Source of the DNA: Chrysomallon squamiferum
Lineage: Eukaryota; Animalia; Mollusca
Direction: 5' to 3'
Length of the DNA stretch: 64,000 nucleotides
Assembly (NCBI GenBank): GCA_012295275.1
Contig: CM022670.1
Span: forward strand, 30,008,001-30,072,000
This document shows, one piece after another, positions 26,041-39,529 of this stretch. A model generated the notes under the pieces. The model was not told where the DNA came from. It saw only the letters and a program-made list of their open reading frames with translations, and did not search any database. The stretch's first letter is position 1; each line of letters begins with the position of its first letter. The position numbers and the translations under genes were made by a program.

Positions 26041-27503
26041 GAGAGAGAGAGCGATACAAAAAATACAAATCTAGAAATACAAAAAAGGCACTGGAAAAGT
26101 ATATAACGAACTGATATTTATGGAATTTAAATTTGAAAACAATTTTGAAATTCATAAATAATAATAATAATAATAATAACAATAATAATAAAATAAAAAA
26201 ATAAATAAATAAAATAAAAGATAATTCAGTAAATGATTATAACACTGGAAGATGTTTTAATTTTTTTTAGCATTCCAAATACTTTATCTTCAAAACAGAA
26301 AAATACTATCTAGCAACTATTTCTCAACGCATTGATTATTTTAGCAGTATTCAAAGTTCTATCAGTCTTCCGATAAACGTAAAAAAGTTAACCATTTTAA
26401 TTTCATTAAAATCCCATTTATAACGGATTATTCGATCATGTGTTTAAATCGCCTCTCCTTACAATACAGTGCCGCCCCGTAACACCTCGTGTGAAACAAA
26501 TCAAACTGTAAAGTAATTTCCTGAATTAAATATGCTCATAATGACAAATGGCCGATTAACTATACTGATGGAAGTACTGATCTACGGTTATTTATATATA
26601 TTTTTTTTAAAATTGTAAAAGCATGATCAGAGTGGTAGTAAGATTTATAAAAAAACCCACAAAAAAGACAAAAACAGAAAGAAAACAAAACAAAAATGAG
26701 AGAAAAAGCAGTAAAATAGTCAAATGAAGATAAAACACTAATAAATTAATAAACAAACAAACAAACAAATAAAAATGAAGCAGTAATACTCTAAATCCAG
26801 AAGAAAATTTAACAGCCATAGCTGGTCTCCACTGCTCAAAGATTTTAAATTAGTATTTTGTTTTCCTTTTCCATTAACAATAACAACAATTATAAATACT
26901 GCTACTACTGCAGTTAATACTACTAGTAATGCTAATGCTGCTGCTAGTACTGTAACGAGTACTATACTACTGCTACTACTACTATTCTGCTCCTACAGCT
27001 ACTGTTACTACTACTACTACTAATAATAATAATATTAAAATAACATAACACATTCTGTAGACATTCCATTAATGCTAATGAACAAAATTACGAAAATAAA
27101 ATAAAAGTACAAAAATGATATAATAATAAAAAATTGGAATAAAACTGAGCAGCAATAGTAATGACAATTTCACTTATTAAATGACTGTTTTGTATTGCTC
27201 ATTAAAAAAGAAAACAAAAGAATAATAATTTACATAAATATTTTGCTATGGTATCTTTGCTGAATGCTTTCCCGAAGGTACATTCTAACAGAGCTATTTA
27301 ACACAAATGTTTTAAGTCGAGACCGACTATTTCTGTTGTATAAACATAATGTATTACGTAAGTTATTTCAAATACACAAGCCTATTATTGTGAAGAACTG
27401 AATGAAGATCATACAAACATTTTTTTTATTTAAGAATTTAATTTCTAAGCGTGTCCTTGAAACCAGTAAATACAGGTAATAATTTTTTCATATTAATTAC
27501 ACA

Positions 27504-27593
27504 AACATACTACATACACACATTACACATACATACATACATACATACATACATACATACATACATACATACATACATACATACATACGTGCA

Positions 27594-27622
<29 letters not shown>
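27504..27622. repeat. (TACA)n microsatellite
   Basis: Near-perfect tetranucleotide run. Confidence 0.97.
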
Positions 27623-27627
<5 letters not shown>

Positions 27628-30261
27628 AATACATTCAAGCAAAATCTATCTTTGCAGTAATCATAAACAGGTATTTTTAAACATGACATTTAGATAAAAG
27701 AGAGAGACGTATTATCTGGTAATATTTTATCTATTTTATTACATAAGTATTTGCCATTGTTTCTTTGTACTGAAATAAACATGAATACAAATTGGAGTAA
27801 GCTGAATTTAAACAGTTTAAAAACTAAATTTTATAGCAAATTTAAGTGTTTAGAAACTGTGTTGGACACTATGGAGACTACATGCTATTAATATGTATGA
27901 CGGTGTTAATTTTGTGGCGCCAGGCGTCTGACTGAAATATTCATACATCTCTGTCTGAATGCCGTTCTCATAATTATCACAGTTTTGTTACTTTTTGTAA
28001 ATTCTCTTGAACTGAAAGGATGTATGTAAATGAACATTCATATAGGTACATAAACCAAAACTGTCGAGACATATAATAAACAAAAACATCTTGAATGAAA
28101 AAGAAAAAAGTACATGTGTTTTTAAGAATAAGAAATAACAGTCCGTACTAATTTAAATGTCTTTGTCCTTTTCGCTCAACGCTTTGGTTGTTTTGATGAA
28201 ATAAGATATCGCAAGCGTACGTTTCTTTTCACTTATTATGATTTCACTCTTTAAAGGAAAATCAATAACATAGTCATTATTTCTGTTGCGAACTTCTTTT
28301 GTGTCTTCTTGTCATTTATTTATCCTAATAAAATTTGTGTTTTTGTAGCTGAGTTTAGTGCAAATACATAGAGTCATCTTTAGGTGATGAGTTTTTATTA
28401 CGAAAAGACTGAAATAGTTTATAGCTACAAATCTACTCTTTTGTTTTGAAAAAGAAAAGAAATTGTTCTTATCGGCTTCAGGTTATGAATCCAGTTTCGG
28501 ATTAACGTATTTTTGAAAATCAGTGTCGGAAAGTTTATAGTTTCAGTTTATATTTAATTTTTTTTTTTTTTTTTTTTTTTTAATAAACTACAGCAACAAC
28601 AACAGCAACAAAAACAACATCAATACTACTACTACTACTACTACTACTACTAATAATAATAATAACGACAACAACAACAACAGTAATAAAACAAAAATAA
28701 AAATTATACTTTAAAACAAATCAGTTGTCGTAATGAAGGCATTTTCCAAAGTTTGATGCAGTTGCAGACAAGGGAAATAAATCCCTGTATGCCACGAGCA
28801 GTTAATTGCCTGATCTATGAAACACTTTATTGATCGCACTCGCCATAGTTCAGCAACAACAACGTAGAAATAATTATGATTTATCCTTTTATGATATGGT
28901 ATGTTACTTTAACGCATATTCTTGTAAATAATGATGATGGCAGTTTACTGAAATCGTCAAGAACATTTGAAAGAATATTAACTGGAATGTTTTATATTAT
29001 ACTGGAGACACAGAAGTCAATAACAGCTCTTGATAGACTTGAGATTTTCAGAATTACATTACCGTGTTGAGTTGTAAACATCATGTTATGTATATTTATA
29101 TGTTTCCTTTATTATATGTATTTCGTCATCTGTAAGAACAGAAATATTATTCACTAGTATTCTCTTGTTTTATTGACAATGACTTCTTAAAGAATGAAAT
29201 ATGTTTTATTTCAGACATGATTAAATTATTCCTATAGAAATATTTATCATGTCAAAAACCAATTATAAATATGTCCTACCATAATTCTTTCTCAAATTGT
29301 AGAGTTTATGTTGGTTCCTAACCCAATACTAGAACTTTTAAGACTCTACGCTGCTGCTGCTTCTACTGATATAAATACTCTATTGCTGCTACTACTACTA
29401 GTAGTATTTACTATTGCTGGCGCCATTCATACCACTACTCCCATTGTTACTACTACTAATAGTAGTACATTACTTGTACTAATACCATTAGTACTATCAC
29501 TAACACTACTACGTCTAAAATTACAATTATTAACAATACTATCTGAAACACAGTTGTTTTTTATATGATTATTATTATTATTATTATTATTAGCAGCAGT
29601 AGTAGCTAATTACTTGCAAGCCTAAGATCTATCGTTTCTCACATTCTTTTTTACATGGTTATTTTGTTTAAGTCAGAGTTACACATTAACAATACTCACT
29701 AAATTATCATTTTCAAAATAATCGATAGTTTATGAGAATAACTTACATTTAACTGTTGTAGAACATATCTGTAAGTCAAATTCTGTATCGTATATCAACT
29801 ATTGTACACTATTTTACTTTTTCCTTTCCTAAAATTCCAGCTGTCTACATTTGAAAAATAATTATTTGTTGGCATTCTTTTCGTTGTCACCATCCAAGCT
29901 TACCTTTACCCACAAACAAAGCTCTTGTTATGTGCAAGAGATTTAATTTGTATTTTAATGGATTTACAATTTTCATGTTTAGTCAGTGTTTTCCTGTACG
30001 TAGAGAAAAAACTTGTGTAACTATTATCAGTTACCTGACGTATTGTGTGTTAAATGATTTCCATGACGAGGAAGCCAAATGAAACGAAATTGGTATGTAG
30101 TTGCATTATTCGTTGGTACCGCTTATGTAGGATTTGAAAAATGGTTCAGAGTTACTGTTAAAGTTGACAGATAATGCAAGTTTCTTATTGTAACTAATTA
30201 AATAACGAAAAAATAATACCATCACCACCAACAGTAGTAACAACAACAACAGCAACAGCAG

Positions 30262-30872
30262 CAGAAACAATTGTAACGAAACAATAACAGCAACAACAAA
30301 ATTATGAACTGAAATAAATAAATATATAAGTAAATAAATAAATCGATCGGCATAAAAGACTCTTTCTGCTTAAACAAAATACCTTTTAAAAGTAAAACAA
30401 ATCACTGTCCTTTCTTCTCTTTCTACACTGGAAATAATTATTCAGTTATATGAAACTGATCCTGTTAAAAATTAAAAATAACATTTTCGTTTTCATTAAA
30501 CATAAACATATTTCTGAATTTTCATCGCATTTTGTTATTTCCAGTAGATAATAGAAACGATGACTGGTGATGACGTCATGCAAATAATTTCAAAACGTAG
30601 CAAAATGACGAGCTTGCCATTTTAAAGTGGAATAGGTTAATATGTAAGCATTTATCTCTTTTAATACGTAAATAGATACAGTTGGTTACAAATACTAATA
30701 ATTATTAACAACATTTTTTTTTTATTTTTTTTTATTTTTTATGCTTAAGCCAATAGTACATTATATACAGTTTTAAATGCAAAGTGAATAAACTAATTAA
30801 TCCATGATCACACTATGTGACTGATGTTTTAGAATATTATTATTATTATTATTATTATGTGTCTGTTTTGTT

Positions 30873-30946
<74 letters not shown>

Positions 30947-31060
30947 GTTTAAGTAGAAAGTGTCTTTTATGCCGATCGATTTATTTATTTACATATATAT
31001 TTATTTTTTTCAATTCATAATTTTGTTGTTGCTGTTGTTGTTTCGTTACAGTTGTTTCTG
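30262..31060. repeat. Inverted repeat: 118-bp arms (30262-30379 and 30943-31060), 563-bp spacer
   Basis: The arms are reverse complements with 7 substitutions and no indels (about 94% identity by manual alignment). The right arm is flanked by (TG)n and (TA)n. Confidence 0.95.
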
Positions 31061-32079
31061 TATATATATATATGTAAGTATTTAAATTCGTTAGTCACGT
31101 GACCGCGTTCTTCACACATTTACAGATATTGCGTGTTCAGGTGTCAACGTTTGGAAGCCAGTGTTCTGTGGTGAGAGGGTTCATGCTGTGACATATCGAT
31201 TGGTCAGAACGTCTGCTAATAGACAGTTAAAAGCTCAAATGTCAACACATTTAATGTTTAGGGCAAACCACTAACTAGGTAAATCTAATTTGTTCACTGG
31301 ACGTCGTTAACTGGGGCATCTACGTATGGATGCTGGCAGATTTAAAGTGTAAAGTCAACCTTTATTTGTGACGATACGTTTTCAGTGTAACGAAATTTCT
31401 TACTTTGCACTCCTGAAAACTAATAGAATTAACACAGATGAAGAAAAAGAGCACTTTAGTTTAATATCACTAAATGAAGATAAACAGTTTACATAAATAA
31501 GATGAATATTATGTGACGGTCATGCGTCTGAAGGAACTGTAGAATGTTGTAAGAACCAAGCTCAGATTCTGAAATTCACTGAAGGTGTTTGTGGCAGCAG
31601 AAAAGTATTGTCCACCAATGCGATGAGAAGGAAAAAAAATGCCCTTGGCAGTAATCGGATATGGTAGCACCTAAATCCAAACTGTCAAAGCATCGAACAT
31701 TGCGGAAATGACGAATTCAGATTCTAATCTCAGAGATATTTTTTACGTCTTTTGAAATTTGCTGAATCTGTTGTTTTTTTTTTTTTTTTTTTTTTTTGAG
31801 ATTTTTTTAATTTTTATTTTCATAAGAACGCATGACTGTAGCCCGAAAGACGTTTCATACCATTAGAATCTCAAAATATAAAACCAGAATTAAAAAAAGA
31901 AAAGAAAAAAAAAGGTGTTCCGTCGAAAATTGACATCGCCTACGCAAAGTATATTTTAGTAGAGTTAAGCCAAAACCTAGAGGAGGGCATCCGGTGCTTG
32001 CCTCCCTTAATTCTTACTGACCGACATTCTTTTCTTTGTAATGACACTCGTTTCATCTTGAAATCTGTCAAAATTATAA

Positions 32080-32276
32080 TTAAGGGATCCGTTAGCAATG
32101 GTTATAGCGGGATGACTACTTTATAATTAGTCAGTAAGGCACGTACATTGGCCTTTGATAAAACAGTCATGAACACTGGTTGGAACTGAGAAAAACTGAT
32201 AAAACAGCCGAGGGGAAGTGATCATGTGACCCGATATATCGCAGGTGATCGTCCTAACTACTGGCGCTGCGATGTC
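32080..32276 (-). mobile_element. Degenerate tRNA-derived SINE (5' half)
   Basis: Minus strand begins with a decayed A-box/B-box head (gcagcgccagtagt...tgatcacttcccc). Body gcctttgataaaacagtcatgaacactggttggaac aligns to 41420-41456. AAGGGATC recalls the Deu/Nin-type core (from memory). Confidence 0.6.
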
Positions 32277-32939
32277 ATTTTTGTTGTTAGTTGGTATTAC
32301 GTTTTAATACGTTATTGTTTTATCAGAACAGTTAAACGTATAGACAAACCCACAGACAGTCAGACAGATTCAAAAAGAAGTCACACCCATACACACACAT
32401 ATATAAACAAAGAAAGAAGGATAGATAGATAGATAGATAGATATATAGATAGATAGACAGATAGATAGAAAGACAGACAGATAGATATAAGAGAACACTT
32501 TACTGTATTAATTTTGATTGTGCATATTAAAAATTATAAAAGTATTGTCAGATATGAATGCTATTGTAACATAACATAAAGGTAACGGCTAGAATAGAAA
32601 TATGGTATAAAAATAATACCAACATATATAGCAGAATTTGTCAAAGAAAACAACACATTCTAATGGGAAGGGATGATCAGTAAAAATGGAATTAGTTGTA
32701 AATAAGTATTTTGTTATGATTGTAAAACACAAGTCTCTTCATTATCGTGTTAATACTGGTATGTTAATGACAGCAGTGGTAATATTATTGATTTTGTATG
32801 GGATACAGTAGGCAGCGGCGGTGTTAATGACAATAGTGGTAGTAATTGTAACTGAAGATGTAATAGTTTTTACAGTAATTATAGCCCTTTTTTTAGTATT
32901 AGGAGGCGTTATAAACGTAGTTGATGCGTACTGCTGGTC

Positions 32940-33170
32940 TAGGACAGTACAATACAGTAAACTATAGTTAAATATAGTATAGCATAATATAGTGTAGTAT
33001 AGCACAGCATAGCATAATGTTGTATAATACAGTATAGTATTAGCACAGCACAGCATAGTTTAGCATAGTATAATATAATATGGTATAGCGTTAGTGTAGT
33101 ATACTATAGTATCGTATAGTACAGTATTAGTATAAAATAGTATAGTATAGTATAGTATAGTATAGTATAA
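32940..33170. repeat. Degenerate (TAGTA/TAGCA)n pentanucleotide repeat
   Basis: 5-bp periodicity, becoming perfect TAGTA near 33138-33167. Confidence 0.9.
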
Positions 33171-36100
33171 TTTATTAGCGTTAATCTATTAAACTCGCAA
33201 ACCATATAGCATTAGTTGTTGTTACGTCAGTACTAGTAGCTGCTGCATTAGTAATATCAAATAATATAATATGTAGTTGTTGGTGATGTAGTTGTTCAAA
33301 TAGTATAGTTACAGTTTAAGTGTACATGCAGTAGTTGTAATTGTAATAGCAGCAGCTGCAGTAGTAGTTAGCAATAGTTGTATTGGTAGTGGTAATGGTA
33401 GTAGCAGCAGCAACATTACTAGAACTGATATGAGGTGGGACAATGTCAACATCAACATCAGCTATACTGTAAAACCAACGCACTAGTTGGAATCACAGAT
33501 GTCAATGAGAGGGTTGTAAACCTCCATCCGGAAACAACTTTCAACGAGTGGATTGTAAACAGCAACATAACCGTAAACAAATATAAACGTGAAGTTTTAC
33601 ATGATGGCAGGTGGGGTTAGTGGTCACGGGGAAGAAGAACACTGAGTCGCTGTAAAATGGTAAATAGTCAATTAGTGTCTGTCCATCGGGACACAACAGA
33701 GTGCTTTCCTTATGCATAAAATGATTGTTCAGTCTCGCGGAGAAACCCGAACACGGATATTAGCTCTCTGTATAAATCGCGGTGATCCATCAATTCCTGA
33801 GCAGTGGAACTGTAGCTGTTTTCTATATATTGGCGTGTCTGCGCAATGCTATCACGACCGACATTGCTGATAAATGTGCCAGAAGCAATAAGAGTTGTTG
33901 TTATGAGTCATTATCGATCAAACAGGTTTTGTAAGCACTCTGCGTCTTTTAAATTTACAATTTATACTGTTTTTTATTGATTTATTTATTTTATATTATT
34001 TTGTTTGTTTATATATTTATTGTTTTATTTTATTCTGTTTTATTTTATATTAATTTAGTAATCCTCAGAGAATTAAATTAAATTTCATTAAACAAACTAA
34101 AAATAATCTCTGTTTATCAGGAGACAAAATAACGATTTAGAAAAAAAAGAAAGAACGAAAGAAAGAAAAAGAAAAAAGATATTGACCTCATACTTTAACA
34201 CTAACCGTATATTTTCGATTTCGCATTATTTGAAGACTTACGAGAATTCGTAACATTTTCCTCGTTAATTGCTGTGTAGTCACTCTTATGTTTTGTCATC
34301 TTTGCCAATTATTTCTATTTTCCCACAAAAACCTCGCCCCATCCTTGCGATCAGTCAATTATTTCCGTGCTGTTTCTAAACTGACCACGGGCTGCCCATT
34401 AGTATTCGTTCTTGACAACCAGTGTATCTTTTACGTCGGGAAACTACGTATCTATCGTTGACAATTTCAGGCTTGATCGGCATCGTACGACCATCATGGC
34501 ATAAGCTCATGACTATTATGTCACGTGCCATTATTTGCAGAAACGATCCAGACATCACTGATTTAACACTAAAACGAAATCTCAGCAGTCTTCGGAGAGC
34601 TACACTGAGCACGATATTTATATCATAAAAAAAGTTAAAAAGAATAAGAATCCATAAAAAATAAAATAGTATTTACATATAAGAACTACTTTAAAACGAT
34701 AATAACAATAGTATTGGTACGCACAACAAATAACGTAAAATACTAACAAACACACACACACACACATTTAGACACATTTACACATATGGGTACACACATA
34801 CACGTGTATATATATATATATATAACCCAGACAAACACTTATACATTATCGCACACAAACATATTTAGTTACAATTATTTTTTAATTTTGTCGTCAGAAG
34901 ATAAGTACAGGGAGAAATATGAATATGTGTTTCTTCTAATTCATTTTTTTTTTCATTTCGATTTTACGTTTTTGACAGAGGTATGATTAGAGTCAAAAGA
35001 ACAACAAAAAAAGTGCATTTTAATTACCAGATTTTAACCAAGATTTTTCCTTCCTTTTCATCTTCTACTTTTTTTCTTCTTTTTTTTGTATTTCTCATTA
35101 CATGTTATATAATATTAACTTTTTAATCACCCTTAACTGAAAATCGATAAACATAATCAAACCGCAGGAATTTTCTGAAAATCTACAGGTAATTTTCACA
35201 CATTATCTTAGCGATAATGAATACTGGATTAATAAAACAAAAACATTAAAAGGAAAAGAAGAGAGAGACTATACTCCTCCCCCCACAATTAACTAACTAA
35301 AACAATACAAACAAACAAAAACAAAAAAATGTAAGAAATGAAAGAAAATCTCAAATAAAGAAAATCTGCGATCTGATTAGCACAAATGCGATATGAATTG
35401 ATTGAAAAACAAACCAAAATTAATATTGCCTCAGCTTCGATTTTATCATCACGCAAGCTACAATCATATCTCATAAAATAAAAAATAATATTTGTCTAGC
35501 CTGTACGTCTGCATGCAAATACAAATCTACAATACAAACCAAATCATTTTTCTTCCATTCGTCTCAAATGTTCGTTAAAATTATTTTTGACTGCAGAATG
35601 AAATAAAAACATTTGATTCGTCACTCTTGTTTTCGTAAGGCGATTTCAATGATAAAAAAATATATCAAAGAACTTTCTTAACACGATGTTCTATAAAGGA
35701 AAAATTCAGAGTGCTTATTGGAGATAAATTAAATAAAACATTCCATTCGACGAAACGAAAGAAAGCAACAACAAAACTGTTTTTCAAAGGAAAGAAAGAT
35801 AAAAAATGTTCAAAAAGACATTTATATAATTATTCAATCATGCACTAAAAGCTAAATGCTTTTCAGGAATATAATGACCAATCATAACAAGACTGGTTTT
35901 CTTTGAATAAACCTTTAAACAATTACAAAAAGGTAAATAAATGTTGAAGGAACAGAAAGGAGAGAAATATTTATGAACATCTTGATCTTCGTATATTCTT
36001 TATTATTGCCTATTAGGTAACAAATAACATACTCACGAGGTGCCAAGTCAAAAATATTATTCAAGGGGTAAATTATCACCATAAGTTCTGATGCAGGAGC

Positions 36101-36893
36101 CATAAAGCAATGGACTAACAGATATCTCGTTTATCGCTGGTAAAGACAGTCAGTGTAATTGTGTCACTGATTCTGAAAAGTTTACTGATTTGATGTGAAC
36201 ATTTCATTATCTTTTATAAGTAATAAACAAGTTAGCATTTTACCCTATTGACCTAATTAGTTTTCATCCGCTGCTCGTTCCAAACCTTGCCGAAACGGTC
36301 AAGTTTATGTTATAAGTAGTATTTTTTCGTTCCACTTTAAACATGCATTTAATATTTAGAGTTCAATTTATAATGTTTAGAAATAAAGGATAGTAAAATA
36401 GATAACGATTTTGGCTTTTGCAAGACTACAAAGCAGGAGAAAAAAAATCGTTTTGTGTGTGTGTGTGTTTGTGTTTCTGTGTGTTTGTGTTTTTGTGTGT
36501 GTTCTTGATTTTTTGTCAAATTGTTTTGTGGAGGTGGTGGCAATTTACAAAATACTCATTGTGAACATTGTAGGCGAGTGTAGTATTTTTTCATTCGTTT
36601 AGCATTATATTATTTGATTCTATAATCTCCAAATCAGATCAAATTAATGTCTGAGCTACGTGTAATAGAAGAAATCGATGTGAGATTTTACAAAACCGTG
36701 ACACTAAGTCGACACTAATGAGGAAATTAAATAATAATAGTTACATCAGAAGCGACAGGTTTGATTTTCAGTTACGTCAGATAGCAATAACATCGCCCTA
36801 ATTTTTGCTGTTAGTTCGATCCTTTCTTCTTAATCTTCTTTGTAAGTCTGTTTAATAGATATTTCAAAGTGTATTTATTTTGAACAGATCATC

Positions 36894-37340
36894 TGTATGT
36901 ATGTATGTATGTGTGTGTGTGTGAATGTATGTATGTATGTATGTGTGTGTGTGTATGTATGTATGTATGTATGTATGTATGTATATATGTTATGTATATA
37001 TGTATGTATGTTTGTATGTTTGTACATATATATATGTATGTATGTATTTTAGGATTCTGAATATTCTCTGTAGATTCTGCACATAGATAATATTCGGGAA
37101 TTCTCTGGGACAGGAGGATAACGTCCAATCACGACCTCAGAAAGCCCGTCAAATGCGCTGACAAGACTCGAACGTATGTATCATTTATGTATGTATATAT
37201 GTCTGTATGAATTTATGAATTTATGTATGTATTTAAGTATGTATGTATATATATGTATATATGTATGTGTGTATGTATGTATGTATGTATGTATGTATGT
37301 ATGTATGTATGTATGTATGTATGTATGTAGGTAGGTATGT
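36894..37340. repeat. Two (TATG)n compound microsatellite blocks separated by a ~130-bp unique spacer
   Basis: TATG/TG runs at 36894-37046 and 37175-37340. Confidence 0.95.
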
Positions 37341-38702
37341 ATTGTGTTAGTATGTCCTTCCGTCTGAATGTATGCATATACTGATTTGGTCATTCACTGC
37401 ATGGTGTCCGCCTCAGTAATTAATAATTAATGGTATTTAAAGTAATGATTCAAATGTTCATTGCATTATTATTATGTACCTGCTGATCAAAGTGTATTAT
37501 CAGAAACAATAGAATAATGCTTTTAAAAGCTGCCTAAATGCTGTTGAGAAAAGTAAAATGTTTCTCTATCGATTTTATTTATTTTTATTTTATATTTGTT
37601 TAGTTTAATAAGTAGTTTCCATTAAAGAGTTGGTGCAGTTGCACTGTAATACAGAGATATTATAAATCGTAACGACCTTAAAGCTACATTTGTATCGTAG
37701 TAACTAGAGTAGCTAAATAAACACAAAGATATATACCTATGAATGTAGGTACAGATATACGTGTGTATGCTTATATACATGTTTGTGTGTATATAGATAA
37801 ATAGATAGATAGAGATACCTGCCTACCTACCTACCTACCTACGTACCTACATATATACATACATACATACATACATACAGACATACATATATACTACATA
37901 CCATACCATACCATACATAAATTCACAAAACCACACATAATTTGGCAATTGAGCAAGATCATCCTAATTAAACATTTGGGGCGGGGGGAATGGTATTTAT
38001 GATAATAAAAAGTAAGAAACGATAACGGCATTCAACTAATGATGCCCATCCTCTTTCCCATAATCTAAATTTAGATTATCCAAGTTGTTATGGTAATGGT
38101 GCAATGAATTAAGCTAATGTTGAGCTTCTGGTTATTACTATGCAATTACAAAGTTAGGTATTTTTGTACTGACAGCGAAAGCGGTTTAAGCCTGGTTTTC
38201 AGCCCTAAAGTCTTTGGATGAATTTCCCATTATGTTTCCAGTTCGCGGTAACGACCTGTGGACACTTTATTGTATGACCGATTACTAACTTAGAGGCGGT
38301 CGGAAAGGCTGAAATGATTCCTAGAGGCTCTCGTGAAGAGTGTATTTTTCTAATTCACACATTAATTTGTACGATTAAGAATAGGTCAGTTTCATCAAAA
38401 AGATTCTTTTTTCAACCAGTGGGTTATATTCATTTACAGCTGTCTAAATTTTGACGAGACAGGATGTAATTTAGACTAAGCATTTCTTGAAAAAAAAAAT
38501 TCTAAGTAGGTCACGTGACCGGGCAATCGGTCAGATTCCAACAAAATGTTACTGTTAATGATCTGCTTTACGAAGAGTTAATGTGTGTGCGTTTCTGTCT
38601 CATTTATTCTCTCTCTCACTCACTCATTCATTCACCCACAGCTCACTTAACTTATTCACTCATATATTCTTTCACATGTTCACACATATCTCTCTTGTGT
38701 TA

Positions 38703-38705
<3 letters not shown>

Positions 38706-38792
<87 letters not shown>
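38706..38792. repeat. (CT)n microsatellite
   Basis: Perfect dinucleotide run. Confidence 0.99.
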
Positions 38793-38794
<2 letters not shown>

Positions 38795-39529
38795 TCCTCT
38801 GTCTCACTCAGTCTGTCTTTAAGTATATATTTCTATTTCTCTCTCATTATCTCTCTGTCTCTATCTAATCTTCTATCCCGGACTCTCGTGCACACAGAAA
38901 GATGCATCTGCAGACCTGTAAAACAGTAAATGTGTACATTCAGACATACACCCTCTCAACGACTATTTTCTATCATATTATGCATCAGCTTCGACTGTTT
39001 ATTTCTTTGATTCTCTCTTTCTTTCTGGCTGACTTTAATCTTCCTCTTTCTTTCCCATATCTAAAACTGCAGTGAACTGAAATAATTTTAAAAATAGCTT
39101 CTCCACCACAAAGCGGATTCTCTGCGATTAGTGACCATACATAGATTTTATTTTTGTTTGTTTCATCTTTATTCTACCCGGTTTCTGAAGTGTAGCGTTA
39201 AATTTGTCATTCAGGAAGTACACAGGGAATTAGATACATCTTGTTGTTACTAGTTATTGTAGATTGTGAAAACAATGCAGGATCATCTGACATTGCTACA
39301 GTGATCTCGCTGAAAGCAGTAATAGTTTTATGTGGACGACAAAGGCAGTTCGTTATAATCTCTTACAAATTGACGACTTCTGAAAGATATGAAAAAGTTA
39401 TTTCATTATAGCTGACATTTTAGATATAATGAACAATGTACTGTGTAATATTTATGACGTAGATAGATGTCTATGTATGTGTATGTGTGTTTCTGCGCAC
39501 GTGTAATATCATGTTACACACATACAGTG

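Noticed and set aside
27916-27930. GGCGCC-AGGC-GTCTG resembling a BMP/Smad composite element
   Set aside because: The spacer is 4 nt, whereas the established element needs 5.
34376-34628. Overlapping ORFs on both strands in a GC-richer island
   Set aside because: Non-ATG starts, no recognisable homology and no clear splice sites. More likely a non-coding island.
36770-36822. B-box-like GTTCGATCC suggesting a tRNA
   Set aside because: No cloverleaf or convincing A-box.
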